A stretch of DNA of 64,000 nt from Thermoproteota archaeon (GTDB lineage Archaea; Thermoproteota; Thermoprotei; Thermofilales; B9-G17), in contig JAPDJW010000002.1 in the NCBI GenBank assembly GCA_029258885.1, positions 515,168 to 579,167 of the forward strand. Direction: 5' to 3'. The notes beneath the pieces were generated by a model. The model ran no database searches, was not told where the DNA came from, and saw only the letters and a list, made by a program, of their open reading frames with translations. Shown one piece after another: positions 39,847 through 46,975 of the stretch (its first letter is position 1; the number at the start of each line of letters is the position of its first letter). Made by a program: the position numbers and the translations under genes.

Positions 39847-40548
39847 ATGTATAGTTTAGAGCAATGCAGGATTTTAGGTTTACTGGTAATGTTTAGAAAT
39901 ATCCACCTAGCGGACATATCATTCTACCTGGACGCTAGGATGGATGATATTCTCACCTACTGTAGAAGCCTGCGGGGCTACGGCTTCCTAAAGCTCCATG
40001 AGAATTCAGCATTGATTACCGAGGCCGGAATACGTGCATGCCTAGGGGATCTCGCATTCAGTGGACGGAGATGGTTTATTCTAGTGGTGGATCCATCTGG
40101 TGCGCCGAGGGAGATGGATTTCGTGAACGTTAGGGGACAAGCATACGTAACTCCCTTTACCCTTCAGATGCTCGAGCTAATTAAGCTGCTCTATCGGGAG
40201 ATCTTCGTAGTCTCATCAAAGGCCTGCAGTATATGGATTAGGATGGCTGAGGATAGGATGCCGTACCGCAGAATTATAGACGTCATGAGGACTATAGAGG
40301 ATATTCAAGATAAACTATCTAGGCTGAGCTATCCCCGTTCGAGCAGATACGTTAAAGCTATCATATCCAGGCTTAACAGGTGTAGGAGGGAGCTTGAGAA
40401 GGCCGCTAGGATAGCTAAGCTTGATTTCAGGCTAGTAGGGCTAAATAGATCCTTCTCGAGGGATCCGCTAAGCTATTCTAGGGAGCTGTACGGGGTAGCC
40501 TTATCGTGTAGGGATAAGGTTCTACGTAGTGCTGAGGGTCTTAGATAG
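39847..40548 (+). CDS. wHTH domain protein, putative regulator (paralog of the gene on the opposite strand)
   Basis: 'LEQCRILGLLVMFRNIHLADISFYLDARMDDILTYCRSLRGYGFLKL' wHTH. The downstream region aligns by eye with the 39193..39846 product ('QAYVTP' vs 'NVYVAP'). Confidence 0.55.
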   Translation: MYSLEQCRILGLLVMFRNIHLADISFYLDARMDDILTYCRSLRGYGFLKLHENSALITEAGIRACLGDLAFSGRRWFILVVDPSGAPREMDFVNVRGQAYVTPFTLQMLELIKLLYREIFVVSSKACSIWIRMAEDRMPYRRIIDVMRTIEDIQDKLSRLSYPRSSRYVKAIISRLNRCRRELEKAARIAKLDFRLVGLNRSFSRDPLSYSRELYGVALSCRDKVLRSAEGLR

Positions 40549-40819
40549 CTATATCCTCCTCCTCATGTATCTCGTAGTTGTGTATTATCGTGAGGACTTT
40601 AGCTTCGTCTCGTCCACATATTGGTATGGCTATAACCCTAGCTTTACTTGGACCTATTATCCTCCTTATTTCGCTCATTATCCCCTTTATTTCGGCGGCT
40701 GAAGCCTCGAATAGGAATGCGCTGTACTGTATCCTATCTCCGCCCATATCCTTAAGGTATCTCCTAACCTCATTCCTAATGCTGTCATCTGATATGTCGT
40801 AGACTATAATGTACTTCAA
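40541..40819 (-). CDS. cas2: Cas2
   Basis: 'MKYIIVYDISDDSIRNEVRRYLKDMGGDRIQYSAFLFE' is a typical Cas2 N-terminal ferredoxin-fold signature. 92 aa. Confidence 0.85.
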   Translation of the reverse strand: MKYIIVYDISDDSIRNEVRRYLKDMGGDRIQYSAFLFEASAAEIKGIMSEIRRIIGPSKARVIAIPICGRDEAKVLTIIHNYEIHEEEDIAI

Positions 40820-40870
40820 GCTTCACCTAATACTTATATCCCTTTAAATCCTTATTATTTTTGAGGATAA

Positions 40871-41335
40871 ATGACGCGTATAATTAAGATGTTTCTCGAG
40901 GATAACGTGTTGTCGGTTTTAATAGATTTAGTTGCTCTGGATGAAACGTTTGGAGAACGCTCACGCGAAGTACTGGGTAAAGTTGTGTCTAGAGTGGAGG
41001 CCATCCTTCTAGCTCATGGAGGCAGAAACCTAGAGAGGGAGGAAGGTCTGACTTACGTTAAGGTTAAATGTAAAATTAATCCGAGGAGCTACGGCTACGT
41101 CGAGAGGAGCCTCACATCCCTAGAGGATGAAGTTAGGAGGAAGCTGGGGCTGGTTGAACACCTTGTTGCAGTATTTAGGAGTACCTCCAAGCTGTCTCCG
41201 TATCTCGTGAGCTTCTATGAGGTTTCCCCCGCGCTCCCTAGGAGCCCGGAGGGCTATAGAGTTACTTCACGGATAGCCAGAATCCTATCGAGGGAGAGGA
41301 GAGTTATCTGGGCGAGTACGGCCTCGGAGTCCTAG
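40871..41335 (+). CDS. Hypothetical ORF; its last ~40 codons appear to be the start of the Argonaute N-domain
   Basis: 154-aa ORF. From about 'LSPYLVSFYEVSPALPRSPEGYRV' it resembles the first strands of long pAgo N-domains. An in-frame GTG is present at 41207. Confidence 0.4.
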   Translation: MTRIIKMFLEDNVLSVLIDLVALDETFGERSREVLGKVVSRVEAILLAHGGRNLEREEGLTYVKVKCKINPRSYGYVERSLTSLEDEVRRKLGLVEHLVAVFRSTSKLSPYLVSFYEVSPALPRSPEGYRVTSRIARILSRERRVIWASTASES

Positions 41336-42120
41336 GCTATCTCGTTAAGCCGGGAGTTTCTATTGAGGATAGCTTTAAGGTATACGTTGGAGATAGGGAG
41401 TACACCTTAAATAAGCTGCGCGATAGGCGTCTCAACTTTAACCTTAGAGGCGATAGGGAGTTCTTCAAAAAGATCGTTGATAGGGGTATTAGAAGGAAGT
41501 TCCGTGAGCTAGGGTTTAGGGTTCGCGGATACATAGTGGTCTATAGCCAGCCCATATACTCATATGAGTATGTGGATGTTTGGCCAGCATGTGAGTTCCA
41601 GACTATAATTGATTCGGATGGCACGCTATCCCTCGCCTTATCGCCGAGACATATCATCGAGTCGATGAGGAGCATAATGGAGGACTACGAGAGCTTAGAG
41701 GAGCTGGTTAAAAGGAGGCGGGAGCTAGTGGGATGCAGTGTTAGAAGTATCGTTGATGGACAAGTATACAGGATAGTTTCGGTGCTCGATAAGAGGGCGA
41801 GGGATTCATTTGAGGAGCTCAACGGTTCAAGCCTATGCGAGTTCTATAGGGACTACAATATCGACCCAATGGAGCCAGCTATAGTTATCGAGAGGTATGG
41901 TTTCAGGCTCCTCCACGCTCCCTCACTTCTAAGGAGGATATATAGTCCAGCTGAACTGGCAGGTTTAGGCGTAGCTAGGGAGGTTATGAGAGCCATAAAG
42001 CTCAACCTGCTAAGGTGGAGCGATACCTCACGCAACATTGTTAGAACGTTATCTCCCATAGAGATAGATGGAATCGAGATAAGGTTCTCCGATCAGCCCG
42101 AGGTTCTCGAGGTGGCGTAG
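41260..42120 (+). CDS. Argonaute N-terminal half (N-L1-PAZ-L2), frame-disrupted near 41263; no canonical start before GTG 41536
   Basis: The frame is open from 41260. L1-like 'VDVWPACEFQTIIDSDGTLSLALSPRHIIESMRSIMEDY'. PAZ-like 'QVYRIVSVLDKRARDSFEELNGSSLCEFYRDYNIDPMEPAIVIERYGFRLLHAPSLLRRIYSPAEL'. It resembles PfAgo-type long pAgos as I remember that sequence. Confidence 0.6.
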   Translation, partial: SYFTDSQNPIEGEESYLGEYGLGVLGYLVKPGVSIEDSFKVYVGDREYTLNKLRDRRLNFNLRGDREFFKKIVDRGIRRKFRELGFRVRGYIVVYSQPIYSYEYVDVWPACEFQTIIDSDGTLSLALSPRHIIESMRSIMEDYESLEELVKRRRELVGCSVRSIVDGQVYRIVSVLDKRARDSFEELNGSSLCEFYRDYNIDPMEPAIVIERYGFRLLHAPSLLRRIYSPAELAGLGVAREVMRAIKLNLLRWSDTSRNIVRTLSPIEIDGIEIRFSDQPEVLEVA

Positions 42121-42121
42121 C

Positions 42122-43069
42122 ATCTACAGGGAGTTCTGTGATTGGGGCTACATCCTCGCTCCACGTAATGGGGAGATTATAGCTAAGGGACAGATTGAAG
42201 CGGGCAGATTTAAGCCCAAGGATAGGATAGTTCTCTCGGGCTCCGGCTCAATAAATGTCGATGCTGTGGCGAATATCGTCGGTGCGGGAGGCTCAATTTT
42301 GGTTGAGAAGGGATCTATACAGCTAGACTACTTCAACTCTATGTTCTCACGTAACCTGCTGGCTCAGCTCGCGTCTGTGGAGAATTCTGAGGTTAGGAGC
42401 AGAGTTGCCTCCTCTATATTGGAGGCTGCTGCATATAATAAGATTAGGGTTCTGGAGATACTGGAGGTTCCCGAGGACGTTAGGAGCAGGGTTGTCGGGG
42501 AGATTAAGGGGCTTATATCGATGCTTAAAGGAACTGTTCTAAGCAGATTGATGGGCGTTGAAGCTAGAATAACCAAGCTCTACTTCGAGGCTCTAAGATA
42601 CGTAATTCCCGTGGAGTATGGTTTTAAGGCTAGAACGCGTAGACCCCCTAAGGACTACTTTAGCGCTGCACTAAGCTATGGGAACATGCTCCTCTACAGA
42701 CACGTACTTAAGGAAATACTTAGGTTCGGCCTGGATCCTAGGCTAAGCTACCTCCATACGCCCTATAGGCATAGGCCATCGCTAGCGCTCGATATAGCCG
42801 AGGAGTTTAGGCAGGCCGTGGTTGATCTAGCAGTTATTCCGCTCTACACGTCGAGGTCTATGAGCATTAAGGGGGACTTCCAGGTTTTCGGCTCATCCAT
42901 ATACCTCAATAAGCGTGGAAACTTTAAGGTTAGGAGGAGCTTCCACCACAGGATGAACCTTAGAGTTAAGGGGAGGAGCCTCGCCGACGCAGTAAGAGGT
43001 CAGATTAGGAAGCTGCTGGAGTTCATCCACGGCGATAGGAGCGAATATACTCCGTTCAGAATTCAATAG
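42122..43069 (+). CDS. cas1: Cas1 (canonical catalytic motifs); conserved N-terminus lacks a start codon (track start GTG 42266)
   Basis: 'RIVLSGSGSINVDAVANIVGAGGSILV', 'GVEARITKLYFEAL', 'GLDPRLSYLHTPYRHRPSLALDIAEEFRQAVVD' (E, H, D/E motifs). Confidence 0.85.
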   Translation: MYREFCDWGYILAPRNGEIIAKGQIEAGRFKPKDRIVLSGSGSINVDAVANIVGAGGSILVEKGSIQLDYFNSMFSRNLLAQLASVENSEVRSRVASSILEAAAYNKIRVLEILEVPEDVRSRVVGEIKGLISMLKGTVLSRLMGVEARITKLYFEALRYVIPVEYGFKARTRRPPKDYFSAALSYGNMLLYRHVLKEILRFGLDPRLSYLHTPYRHRPSLALDIAEEFRQAVVDLAVIPLYTSRSMSIKGDFQVFGSSIYLNKRGNFKVRRSFHHRMNLRVKGRSLADAVRGQIRKLLEFIHGDRSEYTPFRIQ

Positions 43070-43313
43070 TATCTATTATAATGATATTTTCATAGCATCT
43101 CCTACATGGAAATATTATATCGACCCTCCCAGCCCCCTCCGCAACGATTCTCCTAATGTCGTTAATCATCCTCTCGGCGTTTTTCTCGTCCAGCTCTACC
43201 TCATAAACGCTGTACTCCCTGAAAACGCCGCCGTAGTCCTTAAGCCTATTCCTTAATCTATCCCTAAGCCTATCATATCCAACTGGGATATCGAAGACGA
43301 CTATTATCTTCAA
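43056..43313 (-). CDS. cas2: Cas2 (second copy)
   Basis: 'MKIIVVFDIPVGYDRLRDRLRNRLKDYGGVFREYSVYEVEL'. 4-nt overlap with the upstream cas1-like gene. Confidence 0.8.
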   Translation of the reverse strand: MKIIVVFDIPVGYDRLRDRLRNRLKDYGGVFREYSVYEVELDEKNAERMINDIRRIVAEGAGRVDIIFPCRRCYENIIIIDTIEF

Positions 43314-44179
43314 TAAACCGCCTCCTTAAACGGTATAAAGCCTCCAGCCGGATTCATCAGATAGGATGCAAGCCCCTTCGCAGCGGCCTTTATGTGTTTA
43401 AATAGAGGCATCCTCCTACCATCAGTATCCTCAACGTTCCTCTCAACGATATTCCTAAGATACTTCAGGAGAAGCCTCCTCCCCTCATAGCTACCTAAGT
43501 CGATGGATGAAAGGATGTCGGAACCAACTTCAACGAGGCAACGCCAGACAGTCGATGGCTCAAATACTAGAAGGAAATCCCTTGTAAGCGATCTCCTATT
43601 TACGAAGCCTATGTGTGGGGTTAAGCCAGCCCTAACCACGGCGTCCAGACATTCTGCTTCAATAAAATAGCTGAGATACTGGATAACTGACTCGATTAGG
43701 CTAAGTTTTACTCCAAGATATCTTGATAAAAGCTTAAGCGCATTAACCCTAACTTCCTCCAGCTCCCCCTCGGCCCTGAATGGAAGGTTAAGTCTCGAGA
43801 AAAAGGCGCAGAGGTTATGGTTGAATGCCTCCCTAATGCATGAAGCTATCTCCTCAGCTCTCGAGGTAGAGTACTGGGTTAATATCAGCTCAACGTGCTT
43901 CCTTTGAAGCATCCCCGTAAACCACGCTATCCTATCCTTAAATACCAGAGCTATGGTTACGTTATCCTCTGAAGCCAGCGATAGAGCCGATGTACTTATC
44001 CTCCTACATCCATCCAATACTAGGAGGTAGGCAGTTAAGGAGGCTATCTCACGTCTACGATCTCCAGCCTCAACTACGAAGCGCCTACTCCTACGGCCTA
44101 AATTAAAGCCATTGTACGCTATCCAGTAGCTCCTCCTCAACCAATCCCCTTGATCATAGTATATAGTTTCCTTATCCAC
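43310..44179 (-). CDS. cas1: Cas1-like protein, divergent (conserved His replaced)
   Basis: 'GLTPHIGFVNRRSLTRDFLLVFEPSTV' aligns with the Cas1 'GldP.lGflH....sLa.DlmEefR' block but has Asn in place of His. 289 aa. Confidence 0.65.
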   Translation of the reverse strand: MDKETIYYDQGDWLRRSYWIAYNGFNLGRRSRRFVVEAGDRRREIASLTAYLLVLDGCRRISTSALSLASEDNVTIALVFKDRIAWFTGMLQRKHVELILTQYSTSRAEEIASCIREAFNHNLCAFFSRLNLPFRAEGELEEVRVNALKLLSRYLGVKLSLIESVIQYLSYFIEAECLDAVVRAGLTPHIGFVNRRSLTRDFLLVFEPSTVWRCLVEVGSDILSSIDLGSYEGRRLLLKYLRNIVERNVEDTDGRRMPLFKHIKAAAKGLASYLMNPAGGFIPFKEAVY

Positions 44180-44967
44180 GGCCTAGGCTCAACCCTACCC
44201 TCCCTAATAATGATCACGCCCCGCTCCTCAAGCTCTTTAATTCTCTCGTACCCTATAATATCCTTTAAATCGGCCAGTGATATGTGTGGGAAAATCCTAT
44301 CTATGAGGGAGAGGAATTCCTCCTTTACAGTTATCGGCAGCAGGGGGAGTGCCACAACCTCCCTGAAGGACTCATGTATATAATATACCTTATCCGCTCC
44401 CATAACCATTGAGATAATGGTGGCGAATGAGGTTTCAGGCTTAAAGCCAGCAGTAGCATTAACGTAGACCCTGTATCCAGCATTCTTCTTACTCTTAACG
44501 ACCCCAGCAATTTTATCTATTAAATTGGATAAAGCCTCATCGAAGAGCGAGGCGCCGAGCCCGAAGCCCCTAACCCTAACGGGCTCATTAACGTAGTACC
44601 CCCTAGACTTAAGGTGTTCATAAACTATCCTTCCACATAGATATCCGGTGCCGGTATCAGTGGTATATAGCCCTATCTCAATATCCTCAATCCTCGATGG
44701 ACCGTAGAGGTCGGTGAACCTGTAGAATGCGTTAAGCTCAGCACTAGCACTATAGGGATCAGAGTTCACATACTCCAGAAGCCTATCGAAAACCTTGGAA
44801 CCCCTATGGGCGGAAGCCTCAGCCTTCTTCTGATCATCATGGTCGGGTGGAAGCCTACCCCACGAACTTATTTTAAGCTCCTCAGCCTCATCCTTAAAAG
44901 TCCTTGCAAAGTTTAGGAGGATTGCAGTTCCAACCGTAACCACGTGAAATACCTTCATAGATACCAC
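44137..44967 (-). CDS. CARF-domain protein of the APE2256 type with probable C-terminal wHTH
   Basis: 'FHVVTVGTAILLNFA', 'SAELNAFY', 'YVNATAGFKPETS' (CARF signature). C-terminal 'ISLADLKDIIGYERIKELEERGVIIIREGRV'. Confidence 0.6.
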   Translation of the reverse strand: MVSMKVFHVVTVGTAILLNFARTFKDEAEELKISSWGRLPPDHDDQKKAEASAHRGSKVFDRLLEYVNSDPYSASAELNAFYRFTDLYGPSRIEDIEIGLYTTDTGTGYLCGRIVYEHLKSRGYYVNEPVRVRGFGLGASLFDEALSNLIDKIAGVVKSKKNAGYRVYVNATAGFKPETSFATIISMVMGADKVYYIHESFREVVALPLLPITVKEEFLSLIDRIFPHISLADLKDIIGYERIKELEERGVIIIREGRVEPRPWIRKLYTMIKGIG

Positions 44968-44997
44968 AAAAATATAACAGCATAACGAGTATATAAA

Positions 44998-45711
44998 ATG
45001 ATGCTACGTGGATACAGTCGCCTAGCAGCCTCAGGCATAAATAGAATGGTTAGAGTAACGGATGTCACGTTATACCTCTTCTGTCCGCGGAAACTCTACC
45101 TAGTGGGCTTCCTAGGGATAAGAGGCAGGCCGACTAGGGAGAGCATTATGGGTAAATTGGCCCACTACGCATACCTAAGGGCAAGCATCCTAAAGATAAC
45201 CGAGAATAGGGTGGAGGAGGAGAGCGTGAATATAGCTAGAGAGGCAGTCGAGAAGAAGCTTACGGAGGGGCTAAGCGATACGGAGGTCAAGGAGATAGTT
45301 GTAAAAACCTTAAGGTTTAGGGCTGAAAACCCGATTACGGGTGGGGTTGAGGTCGAGAAGTACGTTGAATCGGTAAGGCTGGGGTTAAACGGACAGATAG
45401 ACCTAATGGAGGAACATACGCCAGTGGAGGTAAAGTACAAGTCCAGAGCTGAATACAGGGATCTAATACAGCTAACACTCTACACACTACTACTCGAGGA
45501 CGTCTACGGGTGGGATATAGATTACGGCTACATCGATCTACTTAAGGCTTCAAGAAGGTTAAGAATTGAAGTAAATAATAGGCTTAGAGGTGATGCGCTT
45601 AAGCTTAGGGATAAAGTGCAGGAGACAATACTAATGGGGACGTATCCGCCAGCTAGGGATAAGTGTAGGGGATGCGACCTAAAGATAGAGTGTAGATCCC
45701 TCTTCCACTAG
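44998..45711 (+). CDS. cas4: Cas4 (RecB-like nuclease with Fe-S cysteines)
   Basis: N-terminal Cys in 'LYLFCPRKLYL', 'IDLMEEHTPVEVKYK' (D..EVK), 'QLTLYTLLLE' (QxxxY), C-terminal 'CRGCDLKIEC'. Confidence 0.85.
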   Translation: MMLRGYSRLAASGINRMVRVTDVTLYLFCPRKLYLVGFLGIRGRPTRESIMGKLAHYAYLRASILKITENRVEEESVNIAREAVEKKLTEGLSDTEVKEIVVKTLRFRAENPITGGVEVEKYVESVRLGLNGQIDLMEEHTPVEVKYKSRAEYRDLIQLTLYTLLLEDVYGWDIDYGYIDLLKASRRLRIEVNNRLRGDALKLRDKVQETILMGTYPPARDKCRGCDLKIECRSLFH

Positions 45712-46910
45712 AGGAACCAGAGCCTAGAATAATACTCCTCCGACGGCGATACACCCAACCTAAGGAAGCTACATATCCTATGGGCATACAAAGTCGTTAT
45801 TGGAAGCCTAGTTGAAGCAAACGCTGAAGCCCAGTGTAGCTCGCTCAACCAGTACACATCCCTGGCAATATCATACATACTAACCTCCCAGTTAGATGCC
45901 TCAGCCAGCTCAACAACAACCGGCCTAACCAATCCAGACACATCAATATAGGGGTGCTCCGGGAAGCCTGAGGTAACCACAAGATACCTATATTTATCAA
46001 GCACATAGAACGTACCTTTCTCCGGATTAGTAACTCTTCTCCCAACCCTCCTGGTAACCCTAGGCACAGCCCTCTTCTTAACCTCAACAAAAACCCAGTT
46101 AGATGCAACGCCCTCATCAACAGCCGAGTCCATAACATCCCTAACCGCTTCAAGCTCAACATCAAAGGTAGAGCCATCCCTATGAACAACTATTAAATTA
46201 ACCCTACCAGCATGCCTATGAATAACGTCGAGAGCGAGCGTAAGCACATTCCTAATCGAATAGATAACCTCAACCCCGGGATTAAACTCGAAGCGCCAGT
46301 CGAAGAATATGCCCCCATCAAACACGAAGACTGTTACAACAACGTTGTTACCGACAGTATCCAAGCCAATATACGCATCACCTAAAAGCCTATCCCCCAA
46401 AACCCAAGGTATTCCCCCAGCCTTACAGTAGATAGACAGAGCTAAATTAAAGAGAACATAGGATTTACCCGCAAGCCTTCTAATAGTAGAGTATGTAACC
46501 ATTTGACTAGGAATCCCACGTAGAGCTAAAGCCTGCTTAATAGGAACATAGGGATCCTCCTCAAAACCCGGATAGTTTTCATCGGGAACAGCTACGATAG
46601 CTACATCAACATCCTCAATTGAATCGATGACATCAGCGTACCTATCATATGATTCAAAGAAGTACTCAACGTCCCCAACCCTACAGCCAAACCATCCAGT
46701 AAGACCTCCAAAACCCCTAACACCATAGATAAGGTTATCCATGAGGACACGAGAGTAGCTATACATTCCACGAGGACAGATAAAACAGAGCCTAACAGCA
46801 TCAGGACCGGAGAAAGGACCGAAGCCGAGTTTAAACCCCTCATAGGGGAAAATAGAGGTACCACTCCCAAACCTTAAAACAGGCCTAGAGAAGACGCCTC
46901 CCCTAACCAT
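45708..46910 (-). CDS. Argonaute MID-PIWI half (400 aa) with apparent DEDH catalytic tetrad
   Basis: MID pocket pattern 'PYVPIKQ...GIPSQMV...SIYCKAGGIPWVL'. PIWI 'AYIGLDTV' (D), 'GVEVIYSIRNVL' (E), 'LIVVHRDGS' (D), 'LPITTLYAHRICSF' (H). C-terminal 'RLWFL'. Confidence 0.8.
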   Translation of the reverse strand: MVRGGVFSRPVLRFGSGTSIFPYEGFKLGFGPFSGPDAVRLCFICPRGMYSYSRVLMDNLIYGVRGFGGLTGWFGCRVGDVEYFFESYDRYADVIDSIEDVDVAIVAVPDENYPGFEEDPYVPIKQALALRGIPSQMVTYSTIRRLAGKSYVLFNLALSIYCKAGGIPWVLGDRLLGDAYIGLDTVGNNVVVTVFVFDGGIFFDWRFEFNPGVEVIYSIRNVLTLALDVIHRHAGRVNLIVVHRDGSTFDVELEAVRDVMDSAVDEGVASNWVFVEVKKRAVPRVTRRVGRRVTNPEKGTFYVLDKYRYLVVTSGFPEHPYIDVSGLVRPVVVELAEASNWEVSMYDIARDVYWLSELHWASAFASTRLPITTLYAHRICSFLRLGVSPSEEYYSRLWFL

Positions 46911-46931
46911 AAGATAATAAAGCTAACCAAA

Positions 46932-46939
46932 TATATAAA
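46932..46939 (-). promoter_or_regulatory. TATA box candidate for the MID-PIWI gene (leaderless-type spacing)
   Basis: Minus strand reads CTTTATATAT. It is centred about 25 nt upstream of the ATG at 46910. Confidence 0.4.
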
Positions 46940-46975
46940 GCCTAAGACACCGCTTAATCGATACAACGATGTATC

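Noticed and set aside
41337-41534. 65-aa minus-strand ORF between the two plus-strand ORFs.
   Set aside because: The plus strand is open across this interval in the frame that continues the Argonaute N-domain, so the antisense ORF is most likely spurious.
45845-46870. Minus-strand alternative-frame ORFs 45845..46189 and 46601..46870 within the PIWI gene.
   Set aside because: They overlap the motif-rich PIWI frame and carry no motifs, so they are typical shadow ORFs.
42121-46910. Hypothesis that the Argonaute was split by a simple inversion of 42121..46910. Re-inverting would place MID-PIWI directly after the N-half.
   Set aside because: The N-half ends in a clean stop. The PIWI half has its own ATG, with a TATA box ~25 nt upstream in the present orientation. 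Re-inversion gives Cas1 no convincing start: the only in-frame candidate would be a TTG abutting the PIWI TATA box. A natural two-gene arrangement, possibly later rearranged, fits better. I cannot fully exclude the inversion without comparative data.
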